Source of the DNA: an uncultured Dictyoglomota bacterium
GTDB lineage: Bacteria; Dictyoglomota; Dictyoglomia; Dictyoglomales; Dictyoglomaceae
Reading direction: 5' to 3'
DNA length: 64,000 nucleotides
Assembly (NCBI GenBank): GCA_964654465.1
Contig: CAZZIO010000029.1
Location: 12,998 to 76,997 of the forward strand
Below the pieces are notes generated by a model that did not search any database, was not told the DNA's origin, and worked only from the letters and a program-made list of their open reading frames with translations. How positions within the stretch are numbered: the stretch's first letter is position 1; each line of letters opens with the position of its first letter. Shown here piece by piece: positions 1-8,405 of the stretch. Position numbers and translations under genes: made by a program.

Positions 1-714
1 GTGGTTTCTGAGAATAGGCAGAGATTCTTATTAAGGTATAAGGAATTGACTGAAAGAAAGCTTGGTTATATTATTGATGAATTCAAGTGCATAAGAAGCA
101 TAGATAGAAAGCCTGTTCACATTGAGGTCTGTGCTGTAAATACCACATATAAGGGTAAACCGGCTGTATTATATACATTTTTGGATATTACTTATAGAAA
201 AGCCTTAGAAGAAGAGTTAAAACAGATCTCTAATACCGATCCCCTAACATCCCTATATAATCGTAGGGGATTTATTACATTGGCTGAACATACCATAAGT
301 TTGACAAAGAGATTGAAGAAAAAGCTTGTACTCATATTTATTGATCTTGATAATTTGAAGGTAATAAATGATAATTTGGGGCATAATGTGGGAGATATGG
401 TTCTTAAAGAAACTGCTGAAATTCTAAGAAGCACATTTAGAGAAAATGATATTTTGGCAAGAGTTGGTGGAGATGAGTTTGTAGTACTAGGAATTATAGA
501 AAAGGATGAGGATAAGGATGAACTAATTACAAGATTAAACAAGAAGATTGAGGAGAAGAATAGTATGGAAAATAGAATGTATAGACTTTCTTTGAGCTAT
601 GGAAGTATCATCTTTAGCCCAGATGAACAAAAATCTATTGAAGAGCTTCTTAATAAAGCGGATATTTTAATGTATGAAAATAAAAAGAAGAAAAAAGCAT
701 TAACTAACGGTTGA
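1..714 (+). CDS. PAS-GGDEF diguanylate cyclase, 5' truncated by window edge
   Basis: DPLTSLYNRR, FIDLDNLK and ARVGGDEF motifs; RxxD I-site (REND); PAS-like C-terminal stretch ending in DIT. Confidence 0.9.
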   Translation: MVSENRQRFLLRYKELTERKLGYIIDEFKCIRSIDRKPVHIEVCAVNTTYKGKPAVLYTFLDITYRKALEEELKQISNTDPLTSLYNRRGFITLAEHTISLTKRLKKKLVLIFIDLDNLKVINDNLGHNVGDMVLKETAEILRSTFRENDILARVGGDEFVVLGIIEKDEDKDELITRLNKKIEEKNSMENRMYRLSLSYGSIIFSPDEQKSIEELLNKADILMYENKKKKKALTNG

Positions 715-717
715 TAA

Positions 718-762
718 AAGTGAGCTATATCACTTAAAGAGACTTCTAACTTATTGTATACT
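718..762 (+). promoter_or_regulatory. CRP-type box AAGTGA-N6-TCACTT (718-735) and -10 TATACT (757-762) upstream of the PEGA gene
   Basis: Perfect 6-bp inverted repeat with GTGA-N6-TCAC core; centre about 42 bp upstream of the inferred TSS. Confidence 0.6.
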
Positions 763-797
763 CATCTAAAAAGAACTTCAAAGGGAGGTTAGAGTGT

Positions 798-2858
798 ATG
801 AGGAAAGGTGTGTTTGTTTTTCTTTTATTGTTAATCCTTTCTATAGGTATTTCTTATTCTCAGGAAAAAATACAAATCCAACCTGAAAAAGAATGGGAAA
901 AAATTATAATAGTACCAAATCCTGAAACATCTTTAAGTCTTGATTTGTGGTTAAATAAACCAGAAGGAAGCATATATAAGGTTGGGGAAAATTTAATAAT
1001 ATATGCAAAGGCTAATGATGATGCTTATCTTTATATTTTTGATATAACACCAGATGGTCAATTTACTTTGATATTTCCTAATTCTTATTCAAAAGATAAT
1101 TTTATAAAAAAAGATAGAACATATACTTTTCCTGATAAGCCGACTTATAGATTTAAGGTAACTCCTCCGTTTGGTAAGGAATATATTGTAGGAGTTATAA
1201 CTAAAAAACCTATTGAGTTTTTTCCTGGTAAGAAGTTTGAAACTATGGCTCCTGGAAGTGTTATAGAAAAAAGTATAGAGAAAGCATTAGAAACTCTTCA
1301 AAAGTCTCTAAAGAAGGAAGAAGGAAAAACATGGGCTCAAAAGGTCACATATTTTTATGTACAACAAGAGGTACAATCTAAATCTAAGATAAATATCTAT
1401 TCTAATCCTTCGGGAGCTCGTGTATATCTCGATGGTCAATTACAAGGAAATACTCCTGTTACCTTAATGCTATATCCTGGGAACTATAGGATAACTCTAA
1501 AAAAGGAAGGTTATGAAGATTATTCAACAAATATAGTAGTTCAAGAGGGTAGAGATAGAGATTATACTTTTAATCTTAAACCTGTGTATGGAAATTTGAG
1601 GGTGGACACTGAGCCTAAAGGGGCAAGTGTCTACTTAGATGGTTCCTTTAAAGGGTATACTCCATTGACATTATATAATTTACCTGCCAATAAGACTTAT
1701 CAATTAAAGGTAATCTATCCTGGTTATCAAGAAAAAGTAGAGAATGTCAAAGTATTACCTAATCAAACAAACTATGTATTTTATAGTCTTGTACCTCATT
1801 ATGGATCACTAAATATCAATTCCTATCCACAGGGGGCAGATCTTTATCTTAATGGAGTTTATAGAGGAAAGACGCCAATTGTTATCAATAATGTATCACC
1901 TGGAAGATATCAGGTACAACTGAGACTAAGTGGTTATAAGGACTATGTGAGTTTTGTTGACGTATATGCAGGTCAGGTATCTACTTACAACTTTACTCTT
2001 GTTCCTTTACCCGCCACATTAAATATATTCTCTAATCCTTCCTCAGCAGATGTTTATATTAATGGTGTATATAAAGGGAAGACACCCTTATCCCTCACTG
2101 ATCTTTCTTCGGGTACCTATAATGTGAAGATTTCTTTAAGTGGATATGAAGAATATAATGAGACAGTCTATCTTGCTCCAGGAGATCTTAAACGGATAAA
2201 TGTTACATTAAAACCCATGAATTTAGGAGAAGTGTATATGGATTCAAATCCTAAAGGGGCAAAGATATTTATTGATGGTGTATATAAGGGAACAACTCCT
2301 CTAAATTTAACCCTTATAGAAGGTAGATATAAACTTACATTATCCCTTGATGGCTATGTGGACTTGAATACTGATATATTAGTAAGAAGGGGTGAAAAAA
2401 GCAGTTATCTCTTCACTCTTACACCAATAGTGACTGTAAAAAGATATTACATTAATTTTACTAAAGGTGGATATGATGGAAATCTTATTGTGGTAAAAGC
2501 GGAAAATGTGTTTATGGATAAGGAAGGTAAAGATTATGTTTTGGCTATTCGTCCTACAGGAAAATTTGAGGTTAAAGTACCCCTATTATCTATTTTTAGA
2601 GATGTGATTTTAAAAATAAATTTCATGTTTGATGAAAAGAATAGTAAAAAAGAAGAAATTGATCCATTCTTAGTGATTTATGTTAATGGAAAGACGGTAA
2701 CATTACCATTATCTATTGAGGATAAAGATTTTATTCTCTTAAAGTATAATATAAAAGACTTGTTTAATGTAAATCAGGAGAATTTAATATCAATTCAGCT
2801 ATTGGAAAATTCAGGGATTAATGTTAGGATAAAAGAAATTGTGGTAGAGGTGAGATAA
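798..2858 (+). CDS. Secreted DUF4384 + 5x PEGA domain protein (surface/S-layer-like)
   Basis: Signal peptide; DUF4384-like YKVGE...YLYIF...LIFPN...PPFGKE; five repeats of the type I-x-S-x-P-x-GA-x-V-Y-x-[DN]-G...G-x-TP; SD AGGGAGG. Confidence 0.85.
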   Translation: MRKGVFVFLLLLILSIGISYSQEKIQIQPEKEWEKIIIVPNPETSLSLDLWLNKPEGSIYKVGENLIIYAKANDDAYLYIFDITPDGQFTLIFPNSYSKDNFIKKDRTYTFPDKPTYRFKVTPPFGKEYIVGVITKKPIEFFPGKKFETMAPGSVIEKSIEKALETLQKSLKKEEGKTWAQKVTYFYVQQEVQSKSKINIYSNPSGARVYLDGQLQGNTPVTLMLYPGNYRITLKKEGYEDYSTNIVVQEGRDRDYTFNLKPVYGNLRVDTEPKGASVYLDGSFKGYTPLTLYNLPANKTYQLKVIYPGYQEKVENVKVLPNQTNYVFYSLVPHYGSLNINSYPQGADLYLNGVYRGKTPIVINNVSPGRYQVQLRLSGYKDYVSFVDVYAGQVSTYNFTLVPLPATLNIFSNPSSADVYINGVYKGKTPLSLTDLSSGTYNVKISLSGYEEYNETVYLAPGDLKRINVTLKPMNLGEVYMDSNPKGAKIFIDGVYKGTTPLNLTLIEGRYKLTLSLDGYVDLNTDILVRRGEKSSYLFTLTPIVTVKRYYINFTKGGYDGNLIVVKAENVFMDKEGKDYVLAIRPTGKFEVKVPLLSIFRDVILKINFMFDEKNSKKEEIDPFLVIYVNGKTVTLPLSIEDKDFILLKYNIKDLFNVNQENLISIQLLENSGINVRIKEIVVEVR

Positions 2859-2865
2859 AATTATG

Positions 2866-2885
2866 GGGAGGACATTAGTCCTCCC
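2866..2885 (+). terminator. GC-rich hairpin after the PEGA gene (weak terminator or mRNA stabiliser)
   Basis: GGGAGGAC-atta-GTCCTCCC, no U-tract. Confidence 0.5.
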
Positions 2886-2902
2886 TACATAAATAAAATT
2901 CA

Positions 2903-3430
2903 ATGAAAAATTGTCCATGTTGTTCAAATGTTCTTATTCCTAAAAAAGTTTCATCCCACTATGGTGTTTATTTAGAGATAGATCAATGTGAACATTGTGG
3001 GGGGATATGGTTTGATAAATATGAATTGGTATCTATGAAGCCTGATGATGTTTATTCTTTAGATATAGATTTTAAGGATAATATAAATTGTAATTCTCTT
3101 AAATGTCCTAATGATGGTACATCTTTAAAACTTTTGAGAGATCCTATAATTCCTAAGGATGTTTTAATTTATTATTGTGTTAACTGTTTTGGAATGTGGG
3201 TACCTATACAATCTTTAAGGAGATATAAAGAATATCAAAAAGAGCGTATAGAAACAAGAAAGAAGCAAAAAGAAACGAGTTTACCAAAGGATTTAGATTT
3301 AAAAATAGAGGAAATATTATCAAAGAATGTTGAAAACAATAAAATTGAAAATATGGAGATGGAAATATCTAAGTTTATTTCAATAGTGATTTTAATTTTG
3401 AGAATCCTTTCATTTTTTATAAGAAAATAA
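2903..3430 (+). CDS. zf-TFIIB zinc-ribbon domain protein with C-terminal hydrophobic helix
   Basis: CPCC...CEHCGGIWFD and CPND...CVNCFGMW tandem zinc ribbons. Confidence 0.75.
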   Translation: MKNCPCCSNVLIPKKVSSHYGVYLEIDQCEHCGGIWFDKYELVSMKPDDVYSLDIDFKDNINCNSLKCPNDGTSLKLLRDPIIPKDVLIYYCVNCFGMWVPIQSLRRYKEYQKERIETRKKQKETSLPKDLDLKIEEILSKNVENNKIENMEMEISKFISIVILILRILSFFIRK

Positions 3431-3444
3431 AGGGGGTCTAAAAT

Positions 3445-4437
3445 ATGGAAAATTTTAAAGATTATCCTCCTTTTTTTAAGAAAAAAGTGCCTTTAAAAAG
3501 TATAGTATGGATTATTTTATTTGTTTTGATATTGGTATCTTTATCATTAAGTTTTTACTTTGTGGGACCCGCAGAGGTGGGAATAGTCAAAAGATTTGGA
3601 AAGATTGTAGCGGTACATGATCCTGGTTTACATTGGAAATTACCCTTTATAGATCAGGCAATAAAAGTGGATGTAATGGCCATTAGAAGGTTAGAGATAG
3701 GATTTAGAACTATAACTTTAAATCCCCCTCAATATAGAAATGTTCAGGAAGAATCTCTTTTGCTAACTAAAGATGGAAAAATTGTGGATTTAGATTTCGT
3801 AGTTCAATATCAAATATCTGAGCCTGTTAAATATATTAGTTATGTGAAAGAAGGAGAAAAACTTTTGAGGGATTTGGCACAAGCATCTATGAGACAAGTA
3901 GTGGGGGGTTATCTTTTTGATGAAATTTTGACTGTTTCAAAAGAAGAAATTCAAAATGATGTAAAGATTTTATTACAAAATATCCTTAACAGTAATAATT
4001 TTGGAATTAAGATTCTCAATGTACAATTACAAGATGTGATCCCTCCAGATCCAGTACAACCTGCTTTTCAAGATGTAATAAATGCTAAATCTGAGAAGGA
4101 TAAATTAATATTAGAGGCTCAAGCTTATTATAATAAGCTTGTTCCAGAGGCTGAAGGACAAGCAGCAAAGATTATTGCAGAAGCAGAGGCTTATAGAACA
4201 GAACAAATAGAAAAAGCTAAAGGAGATGCTCAGAGATTTAAAGCTTTACTTGAAAGATATAATAAAACGCCTTCTCTTATAAAGACAAAACTTTTTATGG
4301 AAGCAATGGAGATGATACTCCCTCAAGTTAAGATTATAGTCATAGATGATCCTAAGGGTGGAATGAAGATATTTAATCTTCCTGGAGATTTATTCACCCA
4401 AACCATGACTATTAGACAGGAAGGTGATAATAAATGA
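3445..4437 (+). CDS. hflK: FtsH protease modulator HflK (SPFH domain)
   Basis: N-terminal TM, RFGK...PGLHWKLP, LLTKDGKIVD, VQLQDVIPP..VQPAFQDV, EAEGQA. Confidence 0.9.
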   Translation: MENFKDYPPFFKKKVPLKSIVWIILFVLILVSLSLSFYFVGPAEVGIVKRFGKIVAVHDPGLHWKLPFIDQAIKVDVMAIRRLEIGFRTITLNPPQYRNVQEESLLLTKDGKIVDLDFVVQYQISEPVKYISYVKEGEKLLRDLAQASMRQVVGGYLFDEILTVSKEEIQNDVKILLQNILNSNNFGIKILNVQLQDVIPPDPVQPAFQDVINAKSEKDKLILEAQAYYNKLVPEAEGQAAKIIAEAEAYRTEQIEKAKGDAQRFKALLERYNKTPSLIKTKLFMEAMEMILPQVKIIVIDDPKGGMKIFNLPGDLFTQTMTIRQEGDNK

Positions 4438-5282
4438 AGTGGGGAATTACTTTTTTTATAATAATGATAATATTTTTTGTTATTTTTTTATTTTCTGCTT
4501 TTACTGTAGATATAACTAAGCAAGCTGTAATATTAGAATTTGGTAAACCAGTAAGAGTTATAAGGGAACCTGGTTTATATTTCAGAAAACCATTTATCCA
4601 ACAAATAGTATTTTTTGAGAAAAGAATTCTTGAATATGATTCAGAGCCTACCTTAGTGGTAACTAAAGACAAGAAGTCTATGATTCTTGATTCTTTTGCT
4701 TTATTTAGGATAGCTGATCCTGTATTGTTCTTAAAAACTGTAAGAAATGAGATTGGAGCTCAAGCTAGACTTGATGATATTATCTACAGTGAAATGAGAA
4801 GAATAGTAGGACAATACGATTTTGATGATATTGTTTCTATAAAGAGAGAAGAGGTATTTGAGGAAGTAACAAAGTCATCTCAAGAAAAGGCAAAGGAGTT
4901 GGGGATAGAGATAAGTACTGTTAGAATGAAAAGGGTGTCTGTTCCAGAGGAGAATTTAAGAAAGATATATGATTCCATGATTGCTGAAAGGGAAAGACAG
5001 GCCGCTCTTTATAGAGCAGAAGGTCAAAGAGAGGCACAAAGAATAAAATCGGAGGCTGAAAAGAAAAAAGTAGTTATACTTTCTGAAGCTTATAGAAAGG
5101 CTCAAGAGTTAAAAGGTAGTGGAGAATCGGAGGCAAGTAGAATTTTACAATCAGCATTATCTTCTAATCCTGAATTTTATCAATTTTTAAAGAGTCTTGA
5201 GATATATAAAAAGACTCTTCCCGGTAATGTACTTATTATCACGCCAGATTCTGAGATTTTTAAATATTTAAGAAGTAAATGA
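4434..5282 (+). CDS. hflC: FtsH protease modulator HflC
   Basis: FGKP...PGLYFRKPF, TKDKK, MIAERERQAALYRAEG, PEFYQFLKSLE; directly follows hflK. Confidence 0.9.
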   Translation: MKWGITFFIIMIIFFVIFLFSAFTVDITKQAVILEFGKPVRVIREPGLYFRKPFIQQIVFFEKRILEYDSEPTLVVTKDKKSMILDSFALFRIADPVLFLKTVRNEIGAQARLDDIIYSEMRRIVGQYDFDDIVSIKREEVFEEVTKSSQEKAKELGIEISTVRMKRVSVPEENLRKIYDSMIAERERQAALYRAEGQREAQRIKSEAEKKKVVILSEAYRKAQELKGSGESEASRILQSALSSNPEFYQFLKSLEIYKKTLPGNVLIITPDSEIFKYLRSK

Positions 5283-5283
5283 T

Positions 5284-6609
5284 TTATGAATTGGAATTTC
5301 TAAGTTTATTTTGAATATCTTGTATAGCCTTTTTTATAGAGAGGTCTGATTGATAGAGCTCTTGGATTTTTTCATAGGCATGTAGTACTGTGGTATGGTC
5401 TCTTCCTCCCAGTTCTTCTCCAATTTTGGGCAGGGAGAGATCTGTTAATGTTCTTGCTAAATACATAGCAATTTGTCTTGGTATAGCGATCTCTTGAGAT
5501 CTTCCCTTTCCTTTTAATTGTTCTATACTTATGTGAAAATATTCAGCTACGGTTTGTAATATATTATCTATAGTAATATTCTTTATTTGGGGTTGAATAA
5601 TGTCTCTTAGTACAGTTTTAGCTAACTCTAAATTTATAGGCATATTATTTAGAGAGGCAAAGGCTATAGTTCTTATTAAAGCTCCTTCCAATTCACGTAT
5701 GTTAGATTGTATTTGAGAGGCAATAAATTCTATAACCTCGTCAGGTACCTTAGCTTTTTCGGCTTCTGCTTTCTTTTTCAATATAGCAATACGGGTTTCT
5801 AAATCAGGAGGTTGAATATCTGCTATAAGTCCCCATTCAAATCTTGATCTTAATCTATCCTCTAAAGTAGGAATCTCTTTGGGGACTCTATCGCTGGTTA
5901 GTACAATTTGTTTTCCAGCCTCATATAATGCGTTAAAAGTATAGAAGAACTCTTCTTGAGTTCTTTCCTTACCAGCCAAGAATTGGATATCATCAATGAG
6001 TAAGACATCTATATTTCTATATCTACTTCTAAATTTTGTCATTCCGTCTTCTTTGATGGCATCAATTAACTCTACTGTAAATTTTTCCATAGAGGCATAA
6101 ACTACTCGAGTTTTAGGGAACTTCTCTTGGATAAAGTGACCAATAGCATGGATTAAGTGAGTTTTTCCTAAACCTACGCCTCCATAGATAAGAAGGGGAT
6201 TATAAGCTTTACCTGGATTTTGACTTACAGCTAACGCAGCTGCATGGGCAAAGCGATTGCTATCACCTACTACAAAGGTGTCAAAAGTATACTTAGGATT
6301 TAAGTTATTATATGATGTAGAAAAATATTCGTTTCTCTTTTCTTCTGGGATGGTTTCTTCCTTTTCATCAGCTAATATTTCAACTTTTAGATCTTTCTGG
6401 GTTACTTTCCTAATTACCTCTTCGATAAGAGGTAAGTAGTATTCTTCTAACCATTCTTTTGAAAATTTGTTGGGTGTTTGGAGTATGACTTTTTCTCCCT
6501 CTATATAAAGAGGTTTTAAGGTTTTAATCCAAGTTTCAAAGCCAGGTCTACTTATCTCCAAGGACAAATATGATAGTGCCTCTTCCCAGATATTATTAAT
6601 ATCTTTCAT
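5284..6609 (-). CDS. dnaA: Chromosomal replication initiator DnaA
   Basis: [13 protein letters not shown], Walker [45 protein letters not shown]. Confidence 0.98.
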   Translation of the reverse strand: MKDINNIWEEALSYLSLEISRPGFETWIKTLKPLYIEGEKVILQTPNKFSKEWLEEYYLPLIEEVIRKVTQKDLKVEILADEKEETIPEEKRNEYFSTSYNNLNPKYTFDTFVVGDSNRFAHAAALAVSQNPGKAYNPLLIYGGVGLGKTHLIHAIGHFIQEKFPKTRVVYASMEKFTVELIDAIKEDGMTKFRSRYRNIDVLLIDDIQFLAGKERTQEEFFYTFNALYEAGKQIVLTSDRVPKEIPTLEDRLRSRFEWGLIADIQPPDLETRIAILKKKAEAEKAKVPDEVIEFIASQIQSNIRELEGALIRTIAFASLNNMPINLELAKTVLRDIIQPQIKNITIDNILQTVAEYFHISIEQLKGKGRSQEIAIPRQIAMYLARTLTDLSLPKIGEELGGRDHTTVLHAYEKIQELYQSDLSIKKAIQDIQNKLRNSNS

Positions 6610-6652
6610 GAGAGAGTTTCTCCTTGTAATTCTTTTTTAAGATACAAATGTA

Positions 6653-6681
6653 ATTTTAGCAAATATACCCTTAATATACAA
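6653..6681 (-). promoter_or_regulatory. Putative sigma70 promoter of dnaA
   Basis: TTGTAT-N17-TAAAAT with extended -10 TG on the minus strand. Confidence 0.5.
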
Positions 6682-6806
6682 ATTGAAAAAATTTTTTCTT
6701 TGATATCTAACAATTAGTTTTTATCTTAATCTGAAAAATGGCAATTTAAAGGGTAAGAGTTAAAAATAATGTGGTTTTTAATCCTTTATTATTATATAAT
6801 TGAATT

Positions 6807-7487
6807 ATGGATTTGAAGGAATTTCTTAAAGGGGTCCCTATATTTTCAGATTTTTCTGAAGAAGAATTAAATAAGCTATTAGAGATAGCTAAGAAAAAAG
6901 ATTTTAAAAAAGACACTGTCATCTTCCAAAAGGACGAAACGGGTAATTTCTTCTTTTTGATATGTTCTGGAAAGATAAAAGTTATTTTAGAGACGGAGGA
7001 AGGTAAAGAAGGAATTCTTTCCATTCTTTATCCCACTGAGTTTTTTGGAGAGATGTCTCTTCTTGATGGTGAGCCAAGGTCTGCTACTGTAGTGGCTTTA
7101 GAAGATACATCGGTAATGATAATAAATCGCGAAGATTTCTTAAATCTACTTTATAATCATCCTCAAATAGCCCTTAAGATATTAAGAACTCTCTCTTTAA
7201 GATTAAGAAAGGCTAATAGGCAGATTGAAACTCTAATGTTTCTTGATGCTCCAGGCAGAATAGCCAGAGTGATAATTGATATAGCAATGGAGAGAGGTCA
7301 TCCTATAAAGGATGGAATACTTATTGATTTAGATTTTACAAGACAAGAACTTGGAAATATTGTGGGTATTTCTCGAGAAACAGCAATTAGGGTGCTTAAA
7401 TCTTTTGAAGATGAGGGTATAATTGATATAAAGAAAAATCATATTCTTATAAGAGATATCTCTAAGCTTAGAGAAAAAATATATTAA
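6807..7487 (+). CDS. Crp/Fnr family regulator, CRP-like (cNMP-binding)
   Basis: FFGEMSLLDGEPRSA cNMP pocket; HTH TRQELGNIVGISRETAIR with CRP-type RE-x-x-x-R recognition helix; no Fnr cysteine cluster. Confidence 0.9.
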   Translation: MDLKEFLKGVPIFSDFSEEELNKLLEIAKKKDFKKDTVIFQKDETGNFFFLICSGKIKVILETEEGKEGILSILYPTEFFGEMSLLDGEPRSATVVALEDTSVMIINREDFLNLLYNHPQIALKILRTLSLRLRKANRQIETLMFLDAPGRIARVIIDIAMERGHPIKDGILIDLDFTRQELGNIVGISRETAIRVLKSFEDEGIIDIKKNHILIRDISKLREKIY

Positions 7488-7493
7488 TCAGGA

Positions 7494-8405
7494 ATGGTAG
7501 AGTATCAACTCATAGTGGAAAATAAGGATGAAATTGATAGAATAGATAAGTATTTAGTTAAAAAAGTTCATCTTTCCCGTTCTCAGATTCAAATTCTTAT
7601 AGATGAAGGTTATGTAAAGGTTAATGGATTTATAGTTAAAAGCAGTTATAAGGTTAAGCCTGGAGATATTATTAATGTGATAATTCCTCCTCCTGAAAAT
7701 ACTGAAATTATACCTAAGGATATACCCATTCAGATAATTTACGAGGATAATGATCTTTTGGTTATAAATAAGCCACGAGGAATGGTTGTGCATCCTGCCC
7801 ATGGTCATTATCAAGATACCCTTGTAAATGCTCTTTTGTATAAAGTAAAAGATCTTTCAGGAATAGGAGGAGAACTAAGACCTGGAATAGTGCATAGATT
7901 AGATAAAGATACAACAGGACTTTTAGTGGTAGCTAAGAATGATTTTTCTCATCAGAAATTATCTGAGCAATTAAAGAATAGAACTCTAAAAAGGGTATAT
8001 TGGGCTTTATGTGAGGGGGAGATTCCTTGGGATGAAAAAAGGGTAGAACTTCCAATGGCAAGGCATCCAGTTTACAGAAAGAAAATGGCTATAGTTTATA
8101 ATGGTAAGATATCTATTACTAATTTTAAAGTTTTAGAAAGGTTTAAGGGATATACTTTGGTATCTGCAAGTTTAGAGACAGGAAGAACTCATCAAGTTAG
8201 ATTACATTTATCCCATTTGGGCTTTCCAATTGTAGGTGATGAGATTTATGGTAGGATTGATAAGAGATTTGGTGTGAAAGGTCAGCTTCTTCATGCAAAG
8301 GAGATTTCTTTCATACACCCGCGAACGTATGAAAGAATGAGTTTTTCTGTCCCTTTACCATCTGACTTTGAAAGAGTCCTTAAACTCTTGAGACAAAAAT
8401 ATTAA
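7494..8405 (+). CDS. rluD: RluA/RluD family 23S rRNA pseudouridine synthase
   Basis: N-terminal S4 domain, NKPRGMVVHP, HRLDKDTTG, TGRTHQVR, LHA. Confidence 0.9.
   Translation: MVEYQLIVENKDEIDRIDKYLVKKVHLSRSQIQILIDEGYVKVNGFIVKSSYKVKPGDIINVIIPPPENTEIIPKDIPIQIIYEDNDLLVINKPRGMVVHPAHGHYQDTLVNALLYKVKDLSGIGGELRPGIVHRLDKDTTGLLVVAKNDFSHQKLSEQLKNRTLKRVYWALCEGEIPWDEKRVELPMARHPVYRKKMAIVYNGKISITNFKVLERFKGYTLVSASLETGRTHQVRLHLSHLGFPIVGDEIYGRIDKRFGVKGQLLHAKEISFIHPRTYERMSFSVPLPSDFERVLKLLRQKY

Noticed and set aside
1380..2430. Repeating sequence pattern that might be a CRISPR or tandem array
   Set aside because: These are protein-level PEGA domain repeats in one ORF; I saw no identical spaced DNA repeats or cas genes in the window
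6610..6806. oriC next to dnaA
   Set aside because: No TTATCCACA-like cluster; the best 9-mers have two or more mismatches
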